A DNA stretch of 63,630 nucleotides, filler included, from Porpidia crustulata (taxonomy: Eukaryota): NCBI GenBank assembly GCA_964255105.1. It is 10 parts of 10 records of this genome, joined end to end, with 100 filler letters (N's around TTAATTAATTAA, not from the genome) between each part and the next. Parts side by side here need not be neighbours in the genome. Positions count along the whole stretch, not along the records: positions 44,629 to 50,896 come from CAXUWE010001590.1; positions 50,997 to 57,263 come from CAXUWE010001591.1; positions 57,364 to 63,630 come from CAXUWE010001592.1; 7 more parts are not named here. One strand, 5' to 3'. The translations under genes were made by a program, and so were the position numbers. Below are positions 44,629 through 57,895 of the stretch, one piece after another. The notes under the pieces are model-generated. The model did not search any database and had not been told where the DNA came from. It saw only the letters and a list, made by a program, of their open reading frames with translations. Each line of letters opens with the position of its first letter. Position 1 is the first letter of the stretch.

Positions 44629-46158
44629 CGCTCACCCTCACCCCGCCGGCCCCTTCCACATACGCCAATGACGCATCCCCCATGATCTTGCGCGCGCACT
44701 CCCGCACCGTCGTCCCCTTCTTCACGAGCACGCAATCGCGAAACACGGCGCTCGAGCCCGCGGTCCCGGACCCGAAACCGTGCACGTTCCGGACCGGGAA
44801 CACGGGGACGAGACCTAGTAGGTCCGCGGCGCGCGAGAGCACCTGGACGACGCCGGTGGAGCCGAAGCGGTAGAGGACCATGTCCTTGAGGTTGTCGATA
44901 CGGGTGGTGAGTTTGTCGTCGAGGGGTTTGAGGCCGCCTCCGTCCGGGTCGCCGGATTCGAGGAGGTCGTCGCGGGTGTCGACGGAGTCGCTGCCTTGGA
45001 CGTAGCGGACGAAGCTTTGTTTGGCGAGCTTGCGCAGGAAGACTTCGGAGATGGCGGAGCAGAGGACGATTGATTGCGGGTCTCGCATTTTTGCGATTTT
45101 GGCGATGTTTTTGTTGGCGTCGGGGTGGTCGATCTTGTTCAGGGCGAAGACGGTGGGGAATTTTTCGTCGGTGAAGGCGTTGACGACGGCGCTGATGGTT
45201 TCGTTGGACCAGTGATCAAGGGGTTCTTTGAGGTTGAGTTTCGAGAGGGTGCGGGCTACAGTTTGGGGCGTGCTGCCGTAGCCGGAGAATTGATTTTGAA
45301 GGGTTTCGACTGGGCTTGCTTCTGCGGGGAACGAAATGAGATAATTGTCCATGGATTTCACTAATCTTTACATACTGATGGCAACATGGCGTCGCTTAAT
45401 GGAGCCCCTTCAACGTTATTAGTAGATACCGGGCAGGAGAAGTGTAGTAGCATACCATTTCTCCATCAAGTTCCCTTCTATCCATCTGACTATTTCTGAC
45501 CTCAACCATATTATATCTTGTGAAGGGTCGTATCCTCTTGTAGCCTTTCCTGAGCCATATGTCGTTCAGTCTTATACTCCCAGCTATCGAATCAGATATC
45601 ATGCACTGTAGGCTCGTCTCACCTTCCGCGTCCGTAGTCCCACTGACATCCACTACATGTATCAGAGCATCTGCGTGCCTTAGATCGTCTAGGAATTTGT
45701 TTCCTAGCCCTTTGCCTTCATGAGCTCCTGGTACCAGCCCCGCGACGTCAAGGAGCTCGATAGGCACAGATCGTTTTCCTTGCACGCAAGCCCCGTAATT
45801 GGGCTTGCAACGGTCAGACAAATCATATCGGGCACAGGCGCATGCTATTTGTAGGTATCCGATTGCTCGTTGGGGATCGATCGTGGTGAAGCTACAGCCA
45901 TTAGTAACGATCATACGGAAGCAATGAAGTTTGCGGCTTACGGAAAATTTCCTGAACGTCGTAGTCAGCCACAGTCTGATCTTATCTTCGCTCATGTGGA
46001 CTTGCCGACTTTGGAGCTGGCATCTGTCAAACTACAAGCACCGAGCAATCGTCAGGACTGGTCGAAATTCCAAGTCTGCGCTCTGCATACCTGTTCAGTG
46101 TTGTCGATTTACCTGAGGATGGTTTCCCGACCAAACCTATGAGAGGGTCTCGTGGCAT
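44629..46158 (-). CDS. Obg-family GTPase (Ygr210c-like), 3' truncated, 6 exons
   Basis: [77 protein letters not shown] and FRDCVLVKK. Confidence 0.93.
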
Positions 46159-46452
46159 AGTAAACAGACTATGAATCCATTGTGTGATGGAATTACGAAA
46201 GTTATCAGGGGTAGTAGAGAACGTCTTAGAGTACGTGCGAGATGCGGAAGGTCGTTCCGAGCTTCATCGCTACGATAAGACTAAACTCTATTCAAGTTCT
46301 CATAGCAGAAACTCTTATATCTCCTTACATTCGTTTTGTAGCATTTAAATGCTTTCTACATGACGCGGTCTCAGCTCGCAGAATATTTAGGAGCACATTG
46401 ACTACAGCTATTGACCGCATCATCTTCTGGCCTAGCCTGGCTGCATTCCGTG

Positions 46453-47196
46453 ATGAGGACTCATCCCTCACTTTTTACGGCTTGCGGAGCTTTCGCCTTA
46501 TTATCGGTAATAGCTAGGTCATCTCTACACAATACGAGCCTCATCAATGTATGGTTATATGCTCGTCTATCCTTCATGTGCTGAAGTCTTTTTCAGTTCG
46601 ATGATATCCCTACTGCAACAGGTATCAGTGACGTGCCATCGCCATATCATTATTTGTCCTTCTCTTCATACAATGTACTGAAGCCTCGGGATCCATCATT
46701 GGATGGTCAGATCACCGAGCGCGACTTCAACTGCGCTGTTTCTCCTCCAAATGCTCTGATTGGTTCTCGTTACACATCCGATTCATCCCACACAACTAGA
46801 GGAGCATTCTTCCAAATCGCCAACGCCTCTTCTATGGTCGAGGATGGCCTGCATCCTTACTTTGCGTTACAATCTTTCATTGTTAAGCCTATGGACGCAC
46901 CTGACGCAGTCATCTCAGTGAATGTTACAGGATACAGTCACATCCGGGACGATCCTTTTAAATGGCACGTCAATTTTCCTCGCGGATTCCATGAGCCCTT
47001 CTTAGTAAAGATGAAAAATTACAGCGGGGAGGAGTGGAAGCGAATCTATGGGGTCGAGATCACAGCTGATTACGGTGCGGATGCGTTGGACTGGGAATTC
47101 TGTATCGATGATCTCGAAGTGCAGTTCTTTCAATATCAAACAAGGCTTTCGTCTCATGAACGGACAGATCAGGCTGTGCTTGACGAATACTACTGA
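46453..47196 (+). CDS. Putative secreted protein of unknown function, 2 exons
   Basis: Signal-peptide-like exon 1 MRTHPSLFTACGAFALLSVIA, intron gtatgg...ttcag, then FDDIPTATGISDVPSPYHYLSFS...CAVSPPNALIG...WEFCIDDLEVQF. Confidence 0.75.
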
Positions 47197-47710
47197 GTTA
47201 ATAGGCACAACCTTGATTCAAGTATATCTATAATTAACATTTGAATCTGGGACGATCAGTATTTCCCATCGATTGAGATTTGGCTCAAGAAGATGTCAGG
47301 TATTCTTGTTCGAACTTCAACTTTGGAAGATGCATCAACACACTCCACCTCAATTTGATCGCTCCAATGCCTTCTAGTCTCATTTACACTATGAACTTAA
47401 GGATATGAGATCGCCCCTGAAAACCTTGACAGCTGAATGAAACGAATAATGAAGTTTCTGGCAACCACCTTGGACACTTTGGCTGATGTGGCCGAACAGC
47501 TTAAGAACGTCGGATGCGGAAATTGCAACCCTGAATATCTACAGAGAAGGATCTATACAAGTTTTACGCTTATGGATTCCGAACATTGCAAGAACTTCGA
47601 TCTGGAGCAAACAGTCATGATGCTTCAAAGGTAACCGCTGGATTCTTGTTCATCTGAAACTTAATCATTTTGTAGCTACACAACTATACCTTATATTCTA
47701 CTCTCATACA

Positions 47711-48958
47711 ATGAGCATCGAATTATATCGGCCAGGGACGGTCTTATCTGGGTACTCGGGTGGTCTATTTCAACTTCGCCGGCCCTTCTCTACTGGAAAG
47801 CCACATGTTTGGTATGCGCAATGCTTAACGTAAGATTTTATACTGCTGAAATAAGTATCTGGCATCTACTAAATTAGACCTACAGTACCCAACAATACGT
47901 AGTCGTCAAACTCTCATTTCGAAGTGAAGCGAAAGAACGTATTTACGAACAGTACGCGCTTGGCAAGGAGATGAGGATTCTCTGGGGTCCGCTCAATAAA
48001 CAAGATGGGGTCATCACATTGATCGATTTTATACCCGTTGCAACACCGTATCAACGGACACTTTGTAAGAGTGACCAAGAAATTATAGAAGGATTGGTCT
48101 TCGAATGTATGCCCGAGAGTCTCTGGCAATTGCACCAACGCTTGAAGAGTCGAATGCCAATCACGGAGGTCAAGGCACTCTCACGACAGATACTGGAGGT
48201 CCTCACCGTGATGCATGGGTGTGAGATTGTTCACGGGGGTTAGGGAGTCAGTCCCGCGCCCACAGGCTTCATTATTACTGACTTCCACTATAGATATAAA
48301 GCCTTCAAACATTGTTTTAGATGTCTCTTCAGGCTTTACGGCGAAGCTGATTGACTTTGGGATTTGTATGTTGAAAGGAGAAGTTCTACCTGTCAAAATT
48401 AGTGAATCGTCAATCCAACACTGACATGACGATAGCTTCTGAGTCTAAGAAAGACCGAAACCGAAAGGCCTATACCATACCCTATCGAGGCCCAGAAGTG
48501 TGGCTTGAAATGCCTTTCGGCCCACCAGCAGATATTTGGGCCTTTGGTGTAGTAGTTAGATGCTCCAAGCCAAATATGATTTCTCGTGGGGAGCTAATCC
48601 TTTGTCAATTGCGTAGGTTGCGGAGATGCTCATGGGCCCGAGAGGTCAACTTTTGCCATTCAAAAATTCCATGGTCAAGCGTCCGACGGATCCGGACCCT
48701 TGGATGAGCAGACTCCTCAATATGGTCACATTCTCTGAGAGTTTTGTCCGACGTGCCACAAGGGATTGGCAGAAGAAATTTCCAGAATTACTCAATATGT
48801 CACTTGAAGGTAGAATGCCTACCACACTGTCCTCCATTGGTAATATTTTCACAGTTTCGGCGGAGGACTGGGCTTTTGTGGAGGATATACTTAAGGCAGA
48901 TCCGGGTGAACGACCCACGGCGTCTGAGCTCTTGAGCCATTCCTGGCTTGCACTATAG
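47711..48958 (+). CDS. Divergent non-RD protein kinase, about 5 exons
   Basis: VVVK (subdomain II), GLVFECMPESL, spliced IVHGDIKPSNI, KLIDFG, YTIPYRGPEVW, DIWAFG and DPGERPTASELLSHSWL. Confidence 0.85.
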
Positions 48959-49822
48959 TGTACAAAAGGGAAAATCTGATGATCTAGCACCATCGCACGC
49001 AACCGCGTAACGAACCTGATTCTAGAGAAAAGGCTTTACGAATACCTACTCAACACTCTGCATTTCTTTGTGCCACGACTTGTGTAGTCCCAATATATTA
49101 GTTTAGACATCAAATTCATCAACATTTGCCGTGACATCTCTAGACTTCGTTGTAGCGCATCGACATTTGATCACATTAGCGGACTATGATTCCCAAAGCT
49201 CACCATGTATCTAGCGCCTGTTTGACATATTGACATTGCAGGCTAAACATGTGATGACCGTTTGTTTCACTTTGTGTTGAGGTAGGTGTCAGTCTAACAT
49301 ATTTGCTACGCCGGATCGCTGCCCAAATTTAGACAAAGATATCGCGTGTTCAAGTCCAAGTCATAGCAGTATCACAACCAACGATACAGCTTCGAGTTTT
49401 CAACTATACAACAGCGAGACCCGGGTTCTAGTGGTCAAGAGATCACACTGGTCTTATCAATACGTAGGTACATTTGAAGTCACATACAAAATGTCAACGT
49501 GTATGCACCCACGCTTTACAGAATGGCTCAATTGTGCCGGAGTCTTCGATCATTGAGTCACTGTTGGCATCAACTTCTAAAAAAGCAAACTTATACAATG
49601 CTCAAGCCATCACTTGATGTTATGCTTGTCTGCAATGCGTGCAATACTTCGTTTTTGGGCTGCCATGAGACCCATTTTCCCTCTGCCTCGTCCATATGCT
49701 TCAACTCTGCTTAAATAGTCATGAGACCTTATTATGCTCTTTGCGATTTTCTATATTGTGGTCGACATACCTTAATCCATTTTATTTCCATCATCTTCAG
49801 AGAAAGCTAAACAATATTTTCA

Positions 49823-50896
49823 ATGGAGGGACGTAAGACTTACTCTGTTCGCAACAGTGCGACCGGACAGATGTCCCGTGTGCAGCAAGATCTTGCTACG
49901 AGCTCCCGATACCTACGGCTGAAAGAACACAATGGCGAGACGATCCAAAGAATTGTTCCCAAAGAGAGAGTTCCTCATATATGCGTTGTTGGCGCAGGGA
50001 TTTCGGCCCTGAAATGTGCCGAAGTACTCGGGCAGAATGGGATAAAAGTGACAATATTTGAAGCTAGGAACCGAATCGGTGGGCGAGTATGTGGTTGGTG
50101 AAAAATTACTATATGGCGCTGATGCTCGAAAAGGTTCATCAAAGTTCTGACTTAGGTCATTCAGTGGATCTGTAAGTTGAACTACTCTACCTCCGTCCTA
50201 GAAAATCTTACCTACATGATCCAAAGCTCCCAAGATTTTACATTTGAAACTTGTGATTTCGCAAAATCCAATATTTGCACGACAGTCTGATATTTCTAGC
50301 GGCCCCAATTGGATCCATGGCACCAGCAAGAATCCCATTCTCTGTCTGGCTGAAGAAACTAGAACTACTACCTGTTCAGGTAAAGGAGCCGGATCCGTCT
50401 ACGACGAACACGGCCACCTGATGAGTAGAGAAAAATCGAGAACCCTTTCCGACCTCGTGTGGGCCATAGTAGACGAAGGGTACACACACAGCGATGCAAA
50501 ATCAGCGTCAATACCATCGAACAAATCCCTATTGGACTTTTTCGTGGAGAAGCTGACGGAGAAGGGTATAGAAGGAGAACTGAGGAAATTAGCGCTCCAG
50601 ATGTGTCGGATATGGGGAGATTATATCGGTGATGAAATCGAGAAGCAGAGCCTGAAATACCATTGGCTGGAAATGGGCATCGAAGGAGGTACCACTTCCA
50701 ACCCGTCTCCAATTATCTTTCACAAAATCCAAAATACTAAAAGCAATCAGAAGCTCTCTTCGTGGCCTCCACCTACGCCTCCATCCTCGCCCGCGTCGCA
50801 CAACCCGCCATCAAAAACTCGATCATCCGACTCTCGAACCCCGTAACCTCCATCACCTCCTCCACATCCAACGGCAATCCCTCCATCGCCATCACC
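49823..50896 (+). CDS. Flavin-containing amine/polyamine oxidase, 3' truncated
   Basis: Dinucleotide-binding HICVVGAGISALKCA...VTIFEARNRIGGR, GPNWIHGT..NPI, WGDYIG...QSLKYHWLE and VASTYASIL. Confidence 0.88.
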
Positions 50897-50996
50897 NNNN
50901 NNNNNNNNNNNNNNNNNNNNNNNNNNNNNNNNNNNNNNNNTTAATTAATTAANNNNNNNNNNNNNNNNNNNNNNNNNNNNNNNNNNNNNNNNNNNN
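50897..50996. other. Artificial contig-joining spacer
   Basis: 44 N + TTAATTAATTAA + 44 N. Confidence 0.99.
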
Positions 50997-51767
50997 GGGT
51001 TACGGGAATGGGGTCCGTGCCGTAGGAGTAGCCGTGTTGTTCGTAGACGGAGTCGTACTCGTGGAGGTCGCCATCAGTGTCTATTTCGCCAATGGCGGGC
51101 TCGAAGACTGAGGGCGCGTGTTCCACCATTTGCATCTGCGCTTTTGTGCCTCCGAGGGAGATGCTTGAAGCATTGGGGGTGTCGTCGGTGACGAGAAAGT
51201 CAAAGACATTTACCGGTTGCGCTGGGACCGCAGGAGGTGGGCTAGGTGCCTTGGGGGGCGCATGGACAATCGCAATGATGCCGGATTCATTGTCGGGCGC
51301 ATCCTCGACGTAGGCCTTACGGGGGAGAAGTGAACTCAAGTCGGATGGTTGCGCGGACTTCTTGGTCGGCTTGGAGGGTTTGTCGCGGTACAGCGCTCCT
51401 TGGTACTTTTGCGCTTCCGAAACACAAGACTATAAGGGGTGGTAATGTCAGCAATTGTGATGATTTGTAGGATTGCGGAGTCGCCCAAGTGGCCACCGGG
51501 ATCACTCTTGAAGCCAGGAAGTCGAACGTGGTGAGTGACATACTGTATGAGATCTGTAGTCAGTGCCGTGGAAGTGCACCATGCAATCCAAGCAGCTGAA
51601 CGACGCCCCTCTACATTGTCCGCGGTGGGGATCCAACTTCTTCTTCGTAAACACGTCTCCGCAGCTCTAGATGTACGCGAGGGTCAGCAATGATTGACCT
51701 CCTGCATCAATGCCTAAGATAGGGGATGTTGATTGGTAGCACCGACCTCGCATTGGAAAGACACCAT
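50997..51767 (-). CDS. LYAR-type C2HC zinc-finger nucleolar protein, 3' truncated
   Basis: Spliced translation MVSFQCE-SCGDVFTKKKLDPHRGQCRGASFSCLDCMVHFHGTDYRSHT-SCVSEAQKYQGALY. Confidence 0.92.
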
Positions 51768-54700
51768 GACCGTTGCTCTGAATCCGCTATGTCTTCCTCC
51801 TCGATAGAATGTCGGTGTGGTAGCGATGGAAGGCTTTGTGTACGTCGTCGACGTCGTTTGTGCGTTGTCGAGGTCGAGGGTGGAATTGATTCGCACAGAG
51901 ACTGATAGGGGATGGGATGGGTGTTTTGACGGTGGGTTTAGTGATGCACGATTGGCGATGGTGGCTTTCGCTGGTGTGTGATATCCTCATATGCTGCTGC
52001 TGCTACTTGCGTGTGCCTCATGACCCCGGCACGCGATGGTGCAGGAATAGGGGTCATGAACGAGGGGGTCTATTGGTTGAGTGGGGCGGCAACGGTTGTC
52101 ATCTCAACCTCTTACGACGTGTTGGTGTTACACCATCAGATCAAAACACTCGGACTCGAATTTGAAACATATCTAGATACAGGAGACTTTACAATTGATC
52201 AAGAAGACAACATTGATAAATTCCATGTCCCTATCCACATTTACGAATAAAAGACAGTGAACGGCTGATGACGTTTGTCGGCTCATCGAAGCTCGCCTGC
52301 CATCATGCTCGACTCAAGTATGTGCAAGCAGCAACCGTGATCATCGCAGGCCTACTTCTAGAATCCTATTTTTAACCTCCGTCTATTCCGTTTTCTTGAT
52401 GGTCGGGCAAGGTAATCGCAAGTACCCAAAATTTCAGCTTGTCACACCCGCACACTCGTCAGCTGTTGCTTCATTGTTGCTCACGCTTCTTGCAATATGA
52501 CAATCATTGATCATGGGAGAGTTTGGGCTGCTTTCATGCCAATTCAGCTCTGTTGATGCAGTTTCAACATCGGCGTGATTGATCGACAGAAGACTTGAAA
52601 CCTGCAACAACATGCCATCGTATGAGACGGTTATGCTTATACTGATGACTTTAGGCAAAACGTTCCTACACACTCAGGCGTGGAAAACATCCTAGCAATA
52701 ATCGACTCACCAGTACCGTGTTGGTCCAGATATCAGTTTGAAGAAAGAGCAATTCGGAACCGCAGAGCTTCAGAGCATACAGTCCTAGAATATTGAAGCA
52801 GAAATACTTGACCTCTTTACCAGTGCCAAGGGGAGCCGAACCCATTATAATCAACTATGACATTCAACTAGGTGCCGCCCCTGACCCGTCGAGAGATCCA
52901 TCAATTAGCCTCTTGGGGAGAGATGAAACGTCTTGGAAGGACTCGAGCTGCCGGCGCGTCAATTAGATGACGAAAAGCTCTGAACCTTCATTATCGTGCG
53001 ATGGGTAATGCTCGGAACATAACAGCTTCAGATAGGGTGTGCGAATGCCTTGAGACGTGGGAGCCGCTGCCATCAAAGCTATGGACAGTGATTAGGTACC
53101 AATTCAGCTAGATATCGAGACCTCGACGTTTGCTCTCTAGATCCTCTGGAATAATTTTTGCAGAGATGTAACTGGTCCTGCAAAATCAGTGACGAACTTG
53201 ACTTATACTTGAGGGGCGTAGTAGGAAATGGAAAGACGTAGTGAGATTGCTAGGGTGGAGTACAGGTCCTCGTTGTCGGCGCGTATGCTCAACGCCATAT
53301 ATTTGACACAGCAAAGAGTTCGGCGCTTCGATACTCGAAACGACAAGAATCATATATCTTTAGGACATAGACCCCCACCTTGACTCCAAGCAATCGATCC
53401 CACGGACGATCAAATCACCTGAGACGGTATTACCTGAGCCATAGGAAGTGTAGAAAGTCCTTGTACCTCATGTGGGCATTACTTGAAGATCAGAACTTAC
53501 GACCATGTTACAGCTGTCATACTTGCCTCTGTCGAAGGAAGGGTACTGTTATGAAGGACAACTTGATTAGGTTCCCCGGACTTCCAATACTACTTAGACT
53601 ACAGTTATCTTTAGGCTGTTCTTTAATTGGAATACTTGGTGTTCCTCGACCCACATCAATCTTGCGTTCTGGGTTTGTTTCTTCCTGCTGGACGGCTCAA
53701 ATCGTTCACGCTGATCGGAAACTCGTCGCCAAAACATATGACAGGCATAAGCTCCGCTATTAAGCCAGATCGAAAGAGACAAACTGATATTTCAGCATAT
53801 AGAGTAATAAAGAAGCTTACTGTTCTTCGATTTTCCATTCAAGAATCCTCCAGCTTGCACAGTTCAAATGCAGACGTCTCGTACGGATGGGCGCTGGGCA
53901 GCTCAATAGAATGATTGATAAGTACGTGAATTGGAATAGTTTGAAGTTCAGGAAAAGTTTGATGTTTCAGATCCGACGTTCTTCCTCCACCGCGGAATTC
54001 TTGACGGGCTTTGGTATGTATGGCAGCAAAGCAATCCATCAACGAAACTCGATATCTACCATGGCAGAACCAAGAATCGTACAACGGAGACTGCGCCGCT
54101 GACCAAGATTCTCCGAATGCATTCTTCAGAATTCGCACATATCTAATATCAAATCTATAATGGGAGGTCTCTCATTTTATCAATACCAAGTCGGCGTCTC
54201 GCCTGAATGCTAGGGACACAAAAAGAGGAGGATTTCAACCTTCCTAGATCTAGAGTATTCCATTCGGCAAAAGCTTTGAAGTAAATCAGATAACCACAAA
54301 AACCGCCCGAGGGCTTATAATGATTCACGACATTCCTTCTTGGGGTCGGTGGAAAGACGACAAGGCAAAGGCCTTACAACTGTGATAAGTGTAGGAGTTG
54401 CCCTGTTCAAGTATTCACTCTAGTCAGGTTGGATTGCACACAGAGACTGTCTGGCAGGTATACCGAATGAGCTAGGAACGACTTTCCCATGCCCCTCAAT
54501 GACTCACATCGAGTATCCCTGGAAAGGTTAGCCGGCTCTAGCCCTGCGGACCCTGCTCCACTGTGTGTCCTGAAGAGGAAAATAGGTCGAGATCATGATC
54601 ACCACCACCACAATCACAACGGTTATCTCATCACGCATCAATTGAACTGTATCTGATTTATCAGCCAGTACGCTGCTCGACCAATCAATGAGCTCCATTT

Positions 54701-54857
54701 GCAACTGCTTCACGATGCGTATAAATCTTACCGATGGCGTGCGAAACCCACAGCTTGTACTTAAATCTTGTCCTCTTCGTCCTCTGTGCGTTCAAGTTGT
54801 CCCGATCTATCATCTTTCATCTTTCATCAATCCAAATCCTTCTATCACATAAGTCCC

Positions 54858-56674
54858 ATGTCTGCTGATCATGCCTCACCGTGGAGGCAATGGCTCAAGA
54901 CAGCCCGTAATCCACCTCAGTATCTGACTGCCTCCCTGATTGTGACCCTGGGCGGTTTGCTCAATGGGTCTGTCTCTCCTTTATCTCATTGTCGTTCAAC
55001 TCTATCTGACTAACGTGGTCTGTACCCCCTCCAGTCTTGACACTGGTACCATTGGCCCAGTCACGGTGATGGCTTCCTTTACAGATACCTTTGGGGCTCT
55101 CTCTGCCTCTTTACATGGCCTGGTCATCTCCTCAGTGTTACTGTCCGCCTGCGTAGCATCTTTGTTTGCTGGCGCCATTTCCGATAGCCTGGGAAGATCG
55201 CGTGCCATAGCCATTGGCGCTTTGGTCTATGCCATAGGAGCTGCCCTTGAAGCTGGAGCTGTGACCTTGGTCATGCTCATTGTAGGGCGATTGATTGTAG
55301 GTGCTGGTGAGGGCATTTTCCTGAGTACTATTGTGGTGTAAGTCTGAAGTCTTTTTTCAGTCATCAATTACGGCACAGACCCTAACGTTGCATTTCAGCT
55401 ACGTCTGCGAGATATCCCCTACCACCAAACGTGGACCCCTGACCACCATGATCCAGCTTCTGATTACTTTTGGGCTTGTTGTTGGATACTTTTCCTGTTA
55501 CGGCAGTGTTCGTATTCCATCATCTCTATCTTGGCGACTTCCTTTCGCGCTCCATTCTGGGGTTGCTTTCGTGTTGGCTGCCGTTTCCTTTTTGTATCTA
55601 CCCCAATCTCCGCGGTGGCTAGCATACAAAGGCCACAAAGAAGAAGCAAGTCAAGCATGGGACCGACTTGGGGTATCAAACGCTGAACGCGAAAAAGATC
55701 TTTTGCAAAATCCGGTACCAACGGATGGGACTACATTAACCGAATTATTGACAGCACCTACTTCAGCTGCAGAAACCAAGTTGCTCCACAGAATGCGAGC
55801 AAATTTGAACGATATCCTGGCAATTTTCAAGAAAGGCGCTCGAAAACCCATGTTCCTCGGCGTATTCCTCATGTCAATGCAACAGCTGAGTGGTATTGAT
55901 GGCGTTATTTACGTATGTTTGCAATCCTTCGACTGGCAATGATGGATTTTCTTCAACTTTGCTAATCTCCACATATAGTATGCTCCGCTACTTTTCGAGC
56001 AAGCTGGCATCAGTTCTTCCCAAGCCACATTCCTCGCATCTGGTATCTCAGCCATCGCCATCTTTGTCTTCACAATCTTGGCCGTGTATTTAGTCGATCG
56101 TTGGGGCCGTCGTGCCTCCACAATTTACGGTGGTATTGTCGTTGCCTCGTGCATGATCCTGATGGGTCTGCTCTACGCAACAAACAGCGTGCACGCGACA
56201 TACGGCGGCGCGAGGTGGGTTGTCATTATTACGATCTTTGTCTTCGCCATTACCTATTCCATGACTTGGGGAATCGGCATGAAATTATTTGCCTCGGAAA
56301 TCCAACCCGTAGCCACCCGCGCCAGCGCCACCAGCCTCGCTCAAGCCGCCAACTGCATCACGAACTTCTTCGTTGCCTTCATCACGCCCGTCTTACTCGC
56401 CCACTCGTCGTCGTTGGTCTACTTCCTCTTTGGCAGTGCCTCCTTCCTCACTGTTGCCGTTTGTATCATCTACATGCCCGAGACAAAGGGCAGGGATCTT
56501 GAGGCTATTGGGGAAACATTTGGGTTGCATCGCGTGAGCGATACGCCTATGATGCGCAGCTTCAAGAGCGTAGCGACCTGGATAGGGACGAAGATTGGGC
56601 TGAAGCCGAGTAAAGGGGGACATGTCTCGGAGCGAGGAGAGAATCAGGAATTTGAGCTCGAGAGTCGAGGGTAG
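54858..56674 (+). CDS. MFS sugar-porter family transporter, 4 exons
   Basis: GGLLNGLDTG, SDSLGRSR, GRLIVGAGEG, YVCEISP..KRG, LPQSPRWL, QQLSGIDGVIY, VDRWGRR and MPETKGRDLE. Introns at 54968-55034 and about 55338-55398 and 55913-55978. Confidence 0.93.
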
Positions 56675-57263
56675 AGTAATCTGAAAACATAGAGGCGCTT
56701 GATTCTACTGCACTCAGCTTGATCGAGCCTTGACAAACAGCTTACGATTTAATGAGATAAATCACCGGGGAATCATTTTCTGGTCTTGTCGCCCGTAGCC
56801 AGAGACAATCCACAGTTAAACAACATACAATCCAATCACCAAAAAACCCGCGTCATAATCGAGAAGATCTTCTTGCACACACAACGCCCATATCATCCAT
56901 CTCAAACGCACCACAACCTCCCTCATCCCGCACGTACAAATTTTCTCATGCTAAGGAAACAGGAGCTATAGGTGCGTGCGGGACTGGTAACATTCAACTA
57001 AGAATATCAGCGATAAGACTCCACACCTTCACCTCAAATCCAGCACTCCGTCCGTCATGTACGTCTCTTGCGCGTCTCGATCATTTCCCACATAATTTAT
57101 GCGGATCGAGTATCGCTTCGTTGATGTTTTCTTCTGTGGCTAGAGTTCAAGGGTAGAAAGGGGTGGATCAAGAAACGCGTCAAGGAAAGGTACGAAAAGA
57201 GCAGTACCCCACAAACCCAACCCCTAAATACTCTCTCTTATCCTCTCTTCCAAACGTCGTTCC

Positions 57264-57363
57264 NNNNNNNNNNNNNNNNNNNNNNNNNNNNNNNNNNNNN
57301 NNNNNNNTTAATTAATTAANNNNNNNNNNNNNNNNNNNNNNNNNNNNNNNNNNNNNNNNNNNN
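57264..57363. other. Artificial contig-joining spacer
   Basis: 44 N + TTAATTAATTAA + 44 N. Confidence 0.99.
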
Positions 57364-57895
57364 GGGTTGGTACATTCTGGGGGCTATTAGTTGGGGGGGA
57401 ACAGGAAGGTGGAGGGTGGATGGTAGCCACCATTGGCTTTTCCACCACAGAGTTTGTGCCATTATTTTGGCTCCGGTACTGTGTCTGCTGCGAATCTGCC
57501 TCGTTCGCTCTCTCCCGATTCTTCTGCAACCCGGCCTTCTTGATCTCCTTCCGAAGTAGCTGGCTCCACATCTCGCCTTCTTCGAAATGCTTGTCGGTGT
57601 TTTGAATTTTGCCCTTCCGCGAGGTGAGGCGCCAAATCGTGCCGGCGGCGATGCGGAGGGCAAAGAAACAGAGAAAGAGGAGGATGGCGTAGTTTAAAAT
57701 GGTAAGATTGTAATTGTACTGCATGGGGGTTCGGGATGGGAGATGGGAAAATTGGAAAAGATGGAGGAGCCATGGTTGGAGCGAGGGTTTTGTGGTAGTA
57801 GGAGGTGGTGGATTGGGGATGTGAGGGTTGATGAAGGAGGAGGTATGGTGGGGAATGAAGGATTGATGTGAGTGTTGGGCAATGGTGATGGCCAT
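57364..57895 (-). CDS. Hypothetical single-TM protein, 3' truncated
   Basis: Open frame running to the contig end with one hydrophobic segment (ILNYAILLFLCFFALRIAAGTIW). No known domain; start uncertain. Confidence 0.3.

Noticed and set aside
52250..54750. Short ORFs between the LYAR-type gene and the sugar transporter
   Set aside because: No recognisable motifs or consistent exon chain. Treated as intergenic or unrecognisably decayed sequence.
56960..57263. Possible snoRNA (U3-like) or terminal exons on the minus strand
   Set aside because: U3 boxes are not matched. An intron-like segment is present, but the peptide is too short and unrecognisable to call.
6329..57319. TTAATTAATTAA recurring every ~6.37 kb as a biological or CRISPR-like repeat
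   Set aside because: It is always centred in N runs and is a synthetic six-frame stop linker. ORFs ending ...XXXLIN are artefacts.
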